DNA of 64,000 bases, taken from IMG/VR virus record IMGVR_UViG_3300005663_003096. One strand, given 5' to 3'. Origin of the DNA: a virus (Duplodnaviria > Heunggongvirae > Uroviricota > Caudoviricetes). Made by a program: the position numbers and the translations under genes. This document shows positions 47,081 through 56,942 of the stretch, piece after piece (the stretch's first letter is position 1; every line of letters begins with the position of its first letter). The notes beneath the pieces are model-generated. The model did not search any database. It was not told the DNA's origin and saw only the letters and a list, made by a program, of their open reading frames with translations.

Positions 47081-47995
47081 ATGGAGATAAATTTGCTCAA
47101 ACCGATTTTTTACAGCGCCGCCGTGGTTGCACTGCTTGCAAGCGCCACTTCAATATTCGCTCAAGGCAATCTCAAATCTCAACCCGTCGCATGCCTGTCG
47201 GTGGGCGATCAGTTTTCACTCTCCGAGGAAGAAGAGCTTTTCAATGCTCCCGTGACATACGGCCTCAACAGGTTCAATAATGCCTGGTTGTTGCTCACCT
47301 ACAGTCCTGACGGAGGTCCAAAAGCGAGATCGATGCTTCTCATGGAGAGTGGGAATTACATAATTCATCGTCATATTGATAATGGGAACCCCTGCGATAA
47401 AGATGCGGGAAATATGAACGACCAGTGCTCCCAAAACTACCACTGTGACGATCCCGCGGGGGTCAACGTATCTTTCGTTAGAACCATTCTTCCAAGCGGC
47501 AAAGCGGATGAAAATTACGGCGAACAAGGCTCTCTATCGAGTGCCAATTCACCCTTCAAAAAAGTCGTTTCATCACAAAGGGAAGCGGTGCAATGGTTTA
47601 ATGATCTCCTTTCCCAAATCGATGGAAAGGATCCGATCAAGAACATTGCGGACGTCATGTTGCTGGATGCCCATCGGGCCACTTCGATGCTCGCTGATGG
47701 GGCTCAAGTCTCAATGACCATGGGTGACTTGGGGTTTGAGAAAGGCAACATCATCTTGAGCAATGCCGTCTTACCAACCGAGATCGACCGCGGATCAGCA
47801 CCTAATCTCGTCTGGAAAGGTTTTGAGTGGGAGCCGTCGGCACTTTGGTCTGGTACTGCAACGGTGCGCTGTCACATTGATCCGGATGACATGCCGGAAG
47901 TTGATCACGGTGAGACCTACGACTTTGAGGCAAAACTCATTGAAATTTCCAATCAGGGCACCGGTGGTGCCCGTGTCGAGCTGGCCTGCTCTTGA
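47081..47995 (+). CDS. secreted hypothetical protein (signal peptide)
   Basis: MEINLLKPIFYSAAVVALLASATSIFAQG is a signal peptide. The mature protein has several Cys and Asp/Asn-rich stretches. Confidence 0.45.
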   Translation: MEINLLKPIFYSAAVVALLASATSIFAQGNLKSQPVACLSVGDQFSLSEEEELFNAPVTYGLNRFNNAWLLLTYSPDGGPKARSMLLMESGNYIIHRHIDNGNPCDKDAGNMNDQCSQNYHCDDPAGVNVSFVRTILPSGKADENYGEQGSLSSANSPFKKVVSSQREAVQWFNDLLSQIDGKDPIKNIADVMLLDAHRATSMLADGAQVSMTMGDLGFEKGNIILSNAVLPTEIDRGSAPNLVWKGFEWEPSALWSGTATVRCHIDPDDMPEVDHGETYDFEAKLIEISNQGTGGARVELACS

Positions 47996-48069
47996 GGCGT
48001 GAAAGTTCTCTGAAATGACCGTCTGAGAATGCCGCTCGGGTTCTTGTCCGAGCGGCATTCTCATTAGGA

Positions 48070-48627
48070 TCAGCTGAGGTAATGCTCTTCCCTCTCCGGC
48101 CGCGGCGAACGTTCAATCGTCGCGGGATTAATCTCGCACATCGTCAGCTGTGCATTCACCTTGCGTGCGGCCATTCCAGCCCGGAACCACTTCGACGCTG
48201 CATCAATGTTCATGCGCGGGCGCCTCTGGCCTTTTTGCGGCTTCGAGGCCTCCATCACGGCGGCGACCATCTCATCGATACGGTAGAGCCCACCAGAAAC
48301 CGGCAGTGGCATCTTGCGCTGTTGAAGAGCCTGACGTTTAACCTCCAGCTTCTCTGCCACGTCGGCCAAGCTGACCAGGTCAGGGCGCACCTCGCGCAGG
48401 ATAGTGCCTTGCGGGAGCGCCTTGATCAGTGCCCGCGCAGCATCGAGGATCACGACTTCTGCGTCGTCCCCTTCTACCTCCAGCTCCACGCCGATCAGGC
48501 CAGCCTGGCCCGTGCCCACAAGGGCATCTTCAAACCCGGCCTCAAAGACGGCGTCAGACAGGGCAAATGCCTCGTGCTCTCCTTCGGGGAGCGCGAAGAC
48601 CAGTTCGAATTCGAATTCTTCAGCCAT
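48070..48627 (-). CDS. hypothetical protein
   Basis: ORF of 185 aa overlapping the upstream gene by ATGGCTGA. Confidence 0.4.
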   Translation of the reverse strand: MAEEFEFELVFALPEGEHEAFALSDAVFEAGFEDALVGTGQAGLIGVELEVEGDDAEVVILDAARALIKALPQGTILREVRPDLVSLADVAEKLEVKRQALQQRKMPLPVSGGLYRIDEMVAAVMEASKPQKGQRRPRMNIDAASKWFRAGMAARKVNAQLTMCEINPATIERSPRPEREEHYLS

Positions 48628-48889
48628 CGGCTTTTCCTTCGCATTTCTTCTCGAGCCTCACGCAAGACAGGGCCTTCTGCCTAACCTTCTTCGCGTGCTG
48701 CTGCGGGTTCTTGGGTGTGGACCACACCGACATGTTGCAGAACGTGCCGCAGCGGCACTCCTTATCGTTGGCTGGACAGCGGAGAATCCCCCAAACATGC
48801 CCCTTGCCTTCAATCAGGTCCCATCCGAGAGCTTCCAGCTCTTGGATGACAGCCTCGATTTCCTTTGACGTGTGCTTCTTCCTTGGCAC
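48620..48889 (-). CDS. small Cys-containing hypothetical protein
   Basis: ORF of 89 aa (CPANDKECRCGTFC…). Confidence 0.35.
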   Translation of the reverse strand: MPRKKHTSKEIEAVIQELEALGWDLIEGKGHVWGILRCPANDKECRCGTFCNMSVWSTPKNPQQHAKKVRQKALSCVRLEKKCEGKADG

Positions 48890-49077
48890 TGAAGATACCT
48901 CATCTTCTTAAATTGTCAAACGACAAGTTAGCAGGTCGACAAAAACGTCGCTCCAAATCGTAGCCGGGCTTCAGCACGTCCCACAGCGGGTTAACGGACA
49001 GAGAATTGCGCTATCTTCAATCCTCAAAGCTGCCGTCTGCCATGCCAGCGCCGCATCCTTCGATACGAGCCGCCCTG

Positions 49078-49989
49078 TCACAGTTCGGGCGCAGCTTCTT
49101 CCGGGGCCGCTGGCGGATCAAAGTAAACCTGAGCATGAGCCTCGAACTGCTTGCGCAAATCCTCTTCGCTTTCCCCGGTGAGCAGGAACCCTTCCGCATC
49201 GTCATTCGGATCCCAGATAACAAAACCATGCCCGGCAACGAAGAGCGGAGCCGCACGCTCTTTCAGGTCCGCCGGTGCTTCAAGCTCAAAGGTACCCTTA
49301 TCATCGACCCGAAAATCATAGATCTCTACCAGATCAGTCCGACGGTATGGATCCGTCTCAACATCATCCCGCGCGGCTTTGGCACGAGAGAACATCAGGT
49401 CGACCTCGGCCTTTGACAGACGTTCAAAGCCCACGTCGACATCCGGGTCTGCACCTTCAGGGCGCCAAGAGACCTGCACGTCACTCTGGTTCTGGAATTC
49501 AGCCTTCCGACGCTGGTAATCGGGTGTCACCAGGATCACATCCCCCAGCGATCCATCAGCATGCTCGGTCCAGAGCGCCGTGAAGGCAGCCGCATTCGTC
49601 CCGCGCAGCAATAGGTAATTCTCGCCACGCCCGCTCCCGCCGCCGCGGTTGATGTTGATGAGGTCAGGCAAGCCCAACTCTCGTGTCGCAACAATCTCGA
49701 GCGGCACACACCAATTGAGGTCATCCAAGCGCTTGGCGGCCTCTTTGTTGGTTTTCTTAGGTCGGCTGGCACCCTGAGCACCAGGCTTGGTCCACCCCTC
49801 AGGGACGGTGTCGTTCTGGAATTTGAATGCGTAGGGCTTCTCGAATTTCTCAAGAAAGCAGCCAATGGCGCCAATCTCATCCATATAAGCCACCAGGCGC
49901 TTGTGCGATGCGAGGTAATCCTGTCGCCAGTTCTCCAGAACCTCTTTCGCGCGCCCGCCGCGTGCCACCAAATACTGCTCGTTTGCCAT
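49078..49989 (-). CDS. hypothetical protein, paralog of 44470..45126 with a C-terminal extension
   Basis: Start at MANEQYLVARGG (CAT at 49987-49989). Shares a conserved ~150 aa N-terminal region with 44470..45126. Confidence 0.5.
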   Translation of the reverse strand: MANEQYLVARGGRAKEVLENWRQDYLASHKRLVAYMDEIGAIGCFLEKFEKPYAFKFQNDTVPEGWTKPGAQGASRPKKTNKEAAKRLDDLNWCVPLEIVATRELGLPDLININRGGGSGRGENYLLLRGTNAAAFTALWTEHADGSLGDVILVTPDYQRRKAEFQNQSDVQVSWRPEGADPDVDVGFERLSKAEVDLMFSRAKAARDDVETDPYRRTDLVEIYDFRVDDKGTFELEAPADLKERAAPLFVAGHGFVIWDPNDDAEGFLLTGESEEDLRKQFEAHAQVYFDPPAAPEEAAPEL

Positions 49990-50123
49990 GCTGTTTTCCT
50001 GCTGCCTGTCCAGCGGAGTCGCTGGCGCTTCTTGTCTCTGCTCAGAAGATAGGGGCTTTAGGGCTTTGCGAAAAGCATTGTTGCGCATAATTAACACATA
50101 TACCCAAACTCACAGGTTTCAGA

Positions 50124-50348
50124 ATGCCATTATCATACCCCGATGGACGAATGGTCACAGAGCGCTGCGGCGCCTGCCACGGGTCCGGCTTTCATTTGAA
50201 GTCCGGCGCGCCGCTCAGCTTTGCCAAATGCTGGATGTGCAATGGATGGCGTGGGAAGTATGATCATCGGCGGTGCGATCTCGCCCAGCCTTCAGAGACC
50301 TCGGACCCGTCCGACAGGCCTGCGGGAGCACCACGTGACGCAAGCTGA
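50124..50348 (+). CDS. small Cys-rich (zinc-ribbon-like) protein
   Basis: CGACHGSGFH…CWMCNGWRG. Partly overlaps the next ORF in another frame. Confidence 0.3.
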   Translation: MPLSYPDGRMVTERCGACHGSGFHLKSGAPLSFAKCWMCNGWRGKYDHRRCDLAQPSETSDPSDRPAGAPRDAS

Positions 50349-50355
50349 ACCAATG

Positions 50356-50709
50356 GTGCTTTATCATGGGACATCAGAAGCTTCCGCTCGAGAGCTCATG
50401 CTGTACGGCTGGGCGCCCGAGCGCGGCCGCAGTGGCGGCCAGTGCGGCCAGGCGCGGTATCTCTACCTTACGACCACATCAGATAATGCTCAGTGGTATG
50501 CCACCGAGAAAATGGTTGATGTTGTACTGAAAGTCGAAGTTGACCGGTCTCAGCTCCGGGTAGATCCCGAAGACGGTGTGGGGGAAACGATCGAGGAGGA
50601 GATGAACTGCCCAAACGGTTTTCCAGGGAATCTTGTCTGTGTCTCTGCACTTTCACCGGAAAGCTTTAGTTTTCTCGCAACAGCTGACCCTACGCCGGAG
50701 ATGACATGA
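50356..50709 (+). CDS. hypothetical protein
   Basis: Start at MVLYHGTSEASAREL inside track ORF 50221..50709. Confidence 0.35.
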   Translation: MLYHGTSEASARELMLYGWAPERGRSGGQCGQARYLYLTTTSDNAQWYATEKMVDVVLKVEVDRSQLRVDPEDGVGETIEEEMNCPNGFPGNLVCVSALSPESFSFLATADPTPEMT

Positions 50710-51899
50710 CCCCCAACGCCGCTGATATCGAGGAGAAGCTTCTGCAGATCCTCAAGGACAACCGACCCGGGAAAGAGGTTCGAGGCTGCAACACCCATCT
50801 CGATATCTATGAACGCGCAGTTCAGAAGGAGATCATTGAGCCTCTTTTCAAAGACCTTGGAGAGCAGGGTCGGATTCAGGACATCGATGATCTGGGACAT
50901 GACACGGAGTTCAAATTGGTTTGGAACCGCGCGCTGCGGGGCCAGTGCGAAGATTGGGATTGTCGAACTCTGGCAAACCTCTTCATCACAAATGCGGTCC
51001 GGGACGTGCCGGATTTCTTCCGAGTTGTCTTCAAAGACGACTACGACGCGATCGACGCAGCCATCCTCAAGAACCTTCCGGATCTTCTGTCAGGGGGCGG
51101 CATGGGTCCCTACACTGGGTGGGGCTTGAAGTCATGGATGACGGGTGCGCACGTCGACATCAAAATGGATGGCCTCCAGGCAAGCTTCTGTGCGCGCGAT
51201 GGGAGCACCCTCGAGCCACCCCCAAGGTATATCGCCTATAAAGACAGCGACCCCAGCCAAGAGCCGGTCGAGGTCTACGGCCTGATGAGCTTCCACTGCG
51301 AAGAGATCGACTATGACACCTCCATCAAAGCCTGGCAGGCTTGGTCAAATGCCCTGAGGAGTAAAGAGCTGAACCGGCGCGATCAATATGACAGCGTCGT
51401 GGGTCGCATGCTCATGAATCTCCTTCCACTGAACGAGATTGGCATCTCCCAGATGGTGTTGCGCCAGGATGAATCCGTATCTGTCGAAGCGGGCCCGGAT
51501 GGGGTCATCGCCTACCGCGGTGAAGTCCGTGGATTGAAGCGCCTTGTCGATGAGGGGCAATTCCTCTGCGGCCCGCGCGCAAGGTTCGCGGAGATCCTGG
51601 AAACGGGTGGCTTCTCGAAAGCAGGCGCGGGTGCGTTTCTCGATACCTTGGCGCAAAGCAGCTCCGCCTTCTGCGCGCTGGCGCCGGCCGGGTCGAACTT
51701 TCGCTATATGCTGGACCCTGAAACTCTCATGGCCTTCGAGGAAGATGGCGATGACATGCTCTATGATCTCGATAAAGCAGATGCGCTGCCGATCATGGCT
51801 GCTGGCACCTTCGAGATGCCTGAGATGATCACCCACCGTGACCGCGAGGCCCGTAAACTCGCGGCAAATCTCTCATCCGAGCTTGGAGAGCCCACATGA
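50706..51899 (+). CDS. hypothetical protein
   Basis: ORF of 397 aa, ATGA-coupled to both neighbours. Confidence 0.45.
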   Translation: MTPNAADIEEKLLQILKDNRPGKEVRGCNTHLDIYERAVQKEIIEPLFKDLGEQGRIQDIDDLGHDTEFKLVWNRALRGQCEDWDCRTLANLFITNAVRDVPDFFRVVFKDDYDAIDAAILKNLPDLLSGGGMGPYTGWGLKSWMTGAHVDIKMDGLQASFCARDGSTLEPPPRYIAYKDSDPSQEPVEVYGLMSFHCEEIDYDTSIKAWQAWSNALRSKELNRRDQYDSVVGRMLMNLLPLNEIGISQMVLRQDESVSVEAGPDGVIAYRGEVRGLKRLVDEGQFLCGPRARFAEILETGGFSKAGAGAFLDTLAQSSSAFCALAPAGSNFRYMLDPETLMAFEEDGDDMLYDLDKADALPIMAAGTFEMPEMITHRDREARKLAANLSSELGEPT

Positions 51900-52369
51900 A
51901 GATGCAATCCCTCTACATCAAACGCCCCCTCGCCCCGTCCGATAACGATATGATCGTCGACATGATGGCGCGTTTTGACTTTGAGTGTGAGGTCGATCTG
52001 CACCTGACGCTGATCTATTCAAAGCGCGAGGTCGACTGGAGCTTGCCTGTCTTCCAAGCGATGGAAGCCCCCCTGGAGATCGTGCCACAGGATCTTGCCT
52101 TTGACCGGTTCGGCCCTCACCTGGTGCTGACCATGCGTTGCCCTGAGATCGAGGCGCGGCACCGCGCGCTGGTCGCGGCCGGCGCGCATTTCGCCTTCCC
52201 GGAGTTCAATGCGCATATCTCGCTGGGGCTCGACCCTGAGGGAGCTGTGCAGGACTATCCTGATCTCTCGGGGATTACCGGGCTCCAGTTTGAAGGCGAG
52301 GTCCGCGGGCTTGCCAATAAAGCAGAGTCCAAGGTGAAGCCGCCCGAAGATGAGCCTGAAATGACCTGA
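51896..52369 (+). CDS. 2H phosphoesterase superfamily protein (LigT/2'-5' RNA ligase/CPDase-like)
   Basis: Two H-x-T/S-x motifs at the expected spacing: HLTLIYS and HISLGLD. ~157 aa. Confidence 0.55.
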   Translation: MKMQSLYIKRPLAPSDNDMIVDMMARFDFECEVDLHLTLIYSKREVDWSLPVFQAMEAPLEIVPQDLAFDRFGPHLVLTMRCPEIEARHRALVAAGAHFAFPEFNAHISLGLDPEGAVQDYPDLSGITGLQFEGEVRGLANKAESKVKPPEDEPEMT

Positions 52370-52386
52370 AGGGCGCGCGCGTGGTG

Positions 52387-52578
52387 TTAGTCAGCGTTTC
52401 CGAGTGCCAGCAACAGCAGGCACGCCAAGATCGGCGAACCGACAAGGCTGATCAGTACCCAGATGATTTGGCTGCGGTTGCGCCGCTCGGCCATGCCCGC
52501 CGGAAGCAGGATATAAAGCCAGATCACGAATGCGATCGCGATCAAGAAGATGATGAAAGATAGGACGCCTTCCATCAA
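52387..52578 (-). CDS. small two-TM membrane protein (PLDc_N-like)
   Basis: MMEGVLSFIIFLIAIAFVIWLYILLP … IIWVLISLVGSPILACLLLLALG. Confidence 0.35.
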   Translation of the reverse strand: MMEGVLSFIIFLIAIAFVIWLYILLPAGMAERRNRSQIIWVLISLVGSPILACLLLLALGNAD

Positions 52579-52580
52579 TC

Positions 52581-53048
52581 TTAACCGTCAGTGTCTAACG
52601 AGACGACCCGGTCATTGACGAATTCGATGGTGCTGCGATCATTGCCGTAGTCATCATATTGATAGACCCACCGCGTGTATTTACGCCCGTCGGCGAGGTA
52701 ATATTCCTCTTCGCTGTAGGGTAGGCCCCAAGCGCAGGTCACGGCCATATCGGTCATCCCAAGCTCAGCATCGCCGGTCAAAGCGCTGTTGTAATCCTTG
52801 CGAGAGATATGGCCGCGGTTATGGACTTCCGCCAAGAGCCGCCGGGCTTTCGTCCGTTCGGACGGGTCGTCATCATAGGTAAAATAGGACGCCGCATCGC
52901 AAAGATCAGTGGAAGAGATGCCGGACAGATCCTTGCTGGCCCCAATGTTCTCGAGGTCCTGGCTGAAATAGGGATCTGTGCAGGCCGTAGTGGTCAGCGC
53001 CACGATCAGAGCCAATCCTGATGTTCGTAAACCTGTCATTCGCTTCAT
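52581..53048 (-). CDS. secreted protein or putative lipoprotein
   Basis: MKRMTGLRTSGLALIVALTTTAC is a signal peptide with a Cys after TTA (weak lipobox). Confidence 0.4.
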   Translation of the reverse strand: MKRMTGLRTSGLALIVALTTTACTDPYFSQDLENIGASKDLSGISSTDLCDAASYFTYDDDPSERTKARRLLAEVHNRGHISRKDYNSALTGDAELGMTDMAVTCAWGLPYSEEEYYLADGRKYTRWVYQYDDYGNDRSTIEFVNDRVVSLDTDG

Positions 53049-53096
53049 TGTAAGCCTCCAACAATGCCTTGCATACAACCTAAGCAGTCGCGCGCG

Positions 53097-54167
53097 TCAT
53101 TTCACGACCCGAAAATTACCATTTCCTTCCCAGATGACCAGCTCTTGGTCTGAGGGCGCATCCATTGTGTAATAGCTGTACTCTGAGGCCTGCTTGAACC
53201 ACTTGTACTGCGCCCGGGTAAAGCGCAGCCGCACCAACATATCTCTGATCTCAGTATGGGTCTCTTTGATGTTTGCGTTGCGCGCGAAGCTCGCGGCCAC
53301 GAACTCCACGGTTTTATAGCCCGCCCCGATCGTCCGCGCAGATCCATCCGCCTCCCACAGCAGCTTGCGCATGGCGGGGCCGTAGGCATCACGCAGAACC
53401 GGCAGCATGCGCTTTTGTGTCGAAACGATCTGGCGCCGGTAGGCATCATGCTTTGTCTTCACGGCCGGATCGTCTCGGTATTGCTTCCCTTCCTCGTAAA
53501 GCATTACCCAGATATTTTGCAGTAGGACAGCGCTGTTGATGGTATCAACATCTGACGTGTATTGCGACACATTGAACTTCTTCAGATCCGCCATCTCACG
53601 GTCCATCATATCCAGGTAGCTTTTGATGTCTGCGGCACGCGTCTCTGCCCGTTTGGCGGCCTCTTTTTCTTCGGCAATCCGTACGATCTCGGCCTGCTTG
53701 GCGTCATCGATCACCTTTTGAGCAGCCCGCTCTGCCTCCTCTTCAGAGCGGCGGGCTTCTTGCGCGGCGAGGCGTACCCGCTCCTCTTCTATGGCCACGG
53801 CATGTCGCTCCGGATCGATCTCCTCCAGCTCTGTCAGCCAGATGTCACGATCTTTCTTTTCTAGTTCTGCAAGATAAGCCTCCGGGTCTGCGGCCTTGAG
53901 TGCTGACATAGCTTCCAGGTCTACCGACTGCATTGTGCTGTAGCCAATCATCGTGGCCATAATGCCTACGAAGAATGCCACCGAAAAGCTGAACCCTCTA
54001 TGCCCCAATCCGATCTGTGGGAGGGGCTTTATAAGTGCGATGAGCGGTACGATCAGCAGGGCAAGACCCAGGTAGAACCCCAGATGTGGCGAGATCACCG
54101 AAACGATTACAGAGCCAAACACCAACCCGAGAATAATGAGAACCGACTTAATGAACTTGAGAACCAT
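53097..54167 (-). CDS. membrane protein with N-terminal TM helices and a long coiled-coil region
   Basis: VLIILGLVFGSVIVSVISPHLGFYLGLALLIVPLIAL…, then an Ala/Glu/Arg-rich heptad-like region. Confidence 0.45.
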   Translation of the reverse strand: MVLKFIKSVLIILGLVFGSVIVSVISPHLGFYLGLALLIVPLIALIKPLPQIGLGHRGFSFSVAFFVGIMATMIGYSTMQSVDLEAMSALKAADPEAYLAELEKKDRDIWLTELEEIDPERHAVAIEEERVRLAAQEARRSEEEAERAAQKVIDDAKQAEIVRIAEEKEAAKRAETRAADIKSYLDMMDREMADLKKFNVSQYTSDVDTINSAVLLQNIWVMLYEEGKQYRDDPAVKTKHDAYRRQIVSTQKRMLPVLRDAYGPAMRKLLWEADGSARTIGAGYKTVEFVAASFARNANIKETHTEIRDMLVRLRFTRAQYKWFKQASEYSYYTMDAPSDQELVIWEGNGNFRVVK

Positions 54168-54421
54168 GAATCACCTGAGAATTGCAAAATCTCAGCTAAA
54201 TATGCAGGCAGGCTATGGCTGCGGTATGGCCTGCACCAGCCAAAAGTGAGGCTCATGCGAATTTAGTAGATATCTGTGTCCCAAAAAAACATCGAGCGAT
54301 TTTAGGCCGCGCGGGTGGCAACCGTTTAATTTTGGGTCTCGTGGCCTATATATAAATCAATGGTCGCCGCTTCGCACCGAAGCCGCGCAGGGCGGAGGCT
54401 CCGCCATATGAAAGAGATTAC

Positions 54422-54649
54422 ATGACCTCGAAAAATTCTGTCTACACCCCCTCCAAAATGGAGACAAAGGCTGAGCGCACTACAGCCGCAGCAACCGAAA
54501 TCATCGAGGCAGAAAACGGCCTTCGCGAAGCAAAGACGGAACGGCTGCGTGCGGCCCGCTTGAAATATGAACGGGATCAGAAGGCCGGACCCGAAGCGAC
54601 ACCAAAGCAGGCCACCAAGAAGACGCGCGCCAAGACCAAGGCAGCTTGA
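54422..54649 (+). CDS. small basic hypothetical protein
   Basis: Track ORF. Lys/Ala/Thr-rich. Confidence 0.3.
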   Translation: MTSKNSVYTPSKMETKAERTTAAATEIIEAENGLREAKTERLRAARLKYERDQKAGPEATPKQATKKTRAKTKAA

Positions 54650-54792
54650 GCGGCCTTCGAATTAACGGTGGGGCCGAACGGCGCCGCCTGCTCCCCTCTG
54701 TATGTCTGCTGACCAACGAACCTGTGGATTAAGGTTTGTATCCCCATTCTCCTGGCATAGCTGCGAAAAAGAAGCTGTGGCAGGAGTCCTCG

Positions 54793-55668
54793 ATGACATT
54801 AGAGTGGAATAGGCGCGCATCGGAGATCGATGCCTCGGTAAACTTCATTGCGAAAACGAAAGACGGTGGCGCACTTGAGGCCCGTTTCGTTCAGCGCAGG
54901 TCCGAGTATTTTATCGCCTATCTCTCCTCCCAAACCGGCTGCAACCAATCCTGCAGGTTCTGCCACCTCACCCAGCTCCGGGAAGTATCAATGGGCCAGG
55001 CCCGTATCGCAGACTATCACGCGCAGTTTGCACAGGTCCTTGACCATTACGACAGCCTCAAAGCGCCGGTTGAGCGGATGAACGTCAATATGATGGCCCG
55101 CGGTGAGCCCTTGCTGAACCCGAACTTTTGCAATGAGTTCGACCGGTTCATCGCGCCGATTCGCGCGGCCGCAGAGCAACGCGGCATCAACTACCGCGTC
55201 AATGTCTCATCGATCTTCCCGGTGGGGGCGCGTGAGGTGGATCTGATTAAATCCTTTGCCGGCCATCCGGTGACATTCTACTGGTCGCTCTACTCCCTGC
55301 GGCAGAGCTTCCGCAGGCGCTGGTTGCCGAAGGCAGATGCCCCGGCCACCACCCTGCCCCGTCTGCGCGCCTGGCAAGAGGCCACCGGACGCGACGTGGT
55401 CATTCACCACGCGCTGATCTCGGGCGAGAACGATCGTCTTTGCGATCATATCGCTTTGCGGAACTTCCTCAGGAATTCTTCCTTGAAGACGCGATTAAAT
55501 CTCGTTCGCTACAACAGCTTCGGGCCGCGGACCGGGCGCGAAGCGAGTGATGCCGCCTATGCGCAGGCACTGGAGGTCCTGGGAGAAGATATGCCCCTCT
55601 CAGGCTCGAAGATCGTCCCGCGCGTCGGCCGCGACGTTGCAGCCTCTTGTGGGATGTTTCTGACCTAA
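54793..55668 (+). CDS. radical SAM protein, RlmN/Cfr-like (compact)
   Basis: CNQSCRFC (CxxxCxxC). MMARGEPLLN resembles the RlmN GMGEPL motif. C-terminal …RVGRDVAASCGMF ends with the conserved Cys. TGCGAAAAAG motif upstream of this start, within the longer track ORF. Confidence 0.5.
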   Translation: MTLEWNRRASEIDASVNFIAKTKDGGALEARFVQRRSEYFIAYLSSQTGCNQSCRFCHLTQLREVSMGQARIADYHAQFAQVLDHYDSLKAPVERMNVNMMARGEPLLNPNFCNEFDRFIAPIRAAAEQRGINYRVNVSSIFPVGAREVDLIKSFAGHPVTFYWSLYSLRQSFRRRWLPKADAPATTLPRLRAWQEATGRDVVIHHALISGENDRLCDHIALRNFLRNSSLKTRLNLVRYNSFGPRTGREASDAAYAQALEVLGEDMPLSGSKIVPRVGRDVAASCGMFLT

Positions 55669-56199
55669 GTTTGGGTCATTACAGGCCTCAAGACCAAGGA
55701 TTCCGGCAATCTGGTTCCCGAAGTCACGAACTGCCAATGCGCTTGTGATGCCATGGAGCTTCACATAGCGGCGCCCCCATTGATCTTCGTCCATATCAGA
55801 TGCATCGATCGCGATGACGGAAGCAACGGCTGAGATCAGCCTTTCCGTATCCGGGTAGACTTTGGCGCTCATTTGTTGGGCTGCGCCAGACCGTTTCGAT
55901 CTATCCAAGCTCGATGCCCTATCCGCCTTAGCAAAGATTTCCAGTTTCGGGCGCGGTTTACGGATCAGTTGATGGGTATCACTCTCAGACGCCGTTACCG
56001 TCATAACCGAAAAGCTGTCGCTCCCCGCCATGCGAGTGATGCATAAAAGGGCATAACCTCCAGCTCGGAAGTAGAACTGCTCATCGCTGCCTCTCATCTT
56101 GGTTGATGTGGACATATGCGCCACCAGAGGCCTCCTGTTGTATCGCAAGAACTGCGAAAATTCATTCACGTCAGTATCTGACACATCGCAAATGGCCAC
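55600..56199 (-). CDS. hypothetical protein (start uncertain)
   Basis: Track ORF of 199 aa. An internal ATG (MSTSTKMRG) is a possible start. Confidence 0.35.
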   Translation of the reverse strand: MAICDVSDTDVNEFSQFLRYNRRPLVAHMSTSTKMRGSDEQFYFRAGGYALLCITRMAGSDSFSVMTVTASESDTHQLIRKPRPKLEIFAKADRASSLDRSKRSGAAQQMSAKVYPDTERLISAVASVIAIDASDMDEDQWGRRYVKLHGITSALAVRDFGNQIAGILGLEACNDPNLGQKHPTRGCNVAADARDDLRA

Positions 56200-56294
56200 A
56201 AGCCTTAGTAGATTGCCAGCGGGGAATTGCCGGCGGCAAATGAAAAGAGGCAGCCCGAAGGCTGCCTCAAGTTGCGGTAAACCGCGATAGACCG

Positions 56295-56807
56295 TTATTT
56301 GTCTTCGGTCTTGCCTTTATGGTCGCGCTTGCCTGCGCTCAGCTCATCTTTGCTCAAGACACCATCTGCGTCGGTATCAAGCTTCTCAAAGCGCTCTGCG
56401 GGGCTGTGCTTCGGCTTTCCTTCGGGTTTGCCGTCCTTCCCACCATCACGCATTTTGGCGCGGTGCTCTGCCATACGCTCTGAGGCCACGGTGAACTCTT
56501 CTACAGTAACATCGCCTGAGCTATCGGTGTCGATTTTGGAGAACATATTGCCGCGTTTGTGACCGTCTTTCTTGCCATGGCGCTTCTCGCCGCGCTGTTT
56601 TCCGCTATGGGCGGCTTTGCGCTCCTCCGCGGTCAAAACACCATCACCATCGGTATCCACCTTGTCGAAGCGTTTGCCGGCCATTTCCAAAGCATCAGCG
56701 CGTGTGATGTCTGCCTTGTCCTGCGAAGCGAATACGGGTGCGCCCATGAGGGCCACGGCTGTTGCCATGATAGAGATGGTGCTAACTGCGGTCTTGCTGG
56801 TCTTCAT
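56295..56807 (-). CDS. secreted EF-hand calcium-binding protein
   Basis: Signal peptide MKTSKTAVSTISIMATAVALMGAPVFA. Three EF-hand loops: DTDGDGVLTAEE, DTDSSGDVTVEE, DTDADGVLSKDE. Confidence 0.65.
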   Translation of the reverse strand: MKTSKTAVSTISIMATAVALMGAPVFASQDKADITRADALEMAGKRFDKVDTDGDGVLTAEERKAAHSGKQRGEKRHGKKDGHKRGNMFSKIDTDSSGDVTVEEFTVASERMAEHRAKMRDGGKDGKPEGKPKHSPAERFEKLDTDADGVLSKDELSAGKRDHKGKTEDK

Positions 56808-56942
56808 GAATGAAGCCTCCTATTGGAATATTGCGTCTGATGTTCTTTGCCGAACACATGCCGTTGCGAAAAAGGAACTCATATAAAACGCTTACGTTCC
56901 TCATTTCCGTCTTTTTTGTTGCATCTTTATTATTCGCACCAC

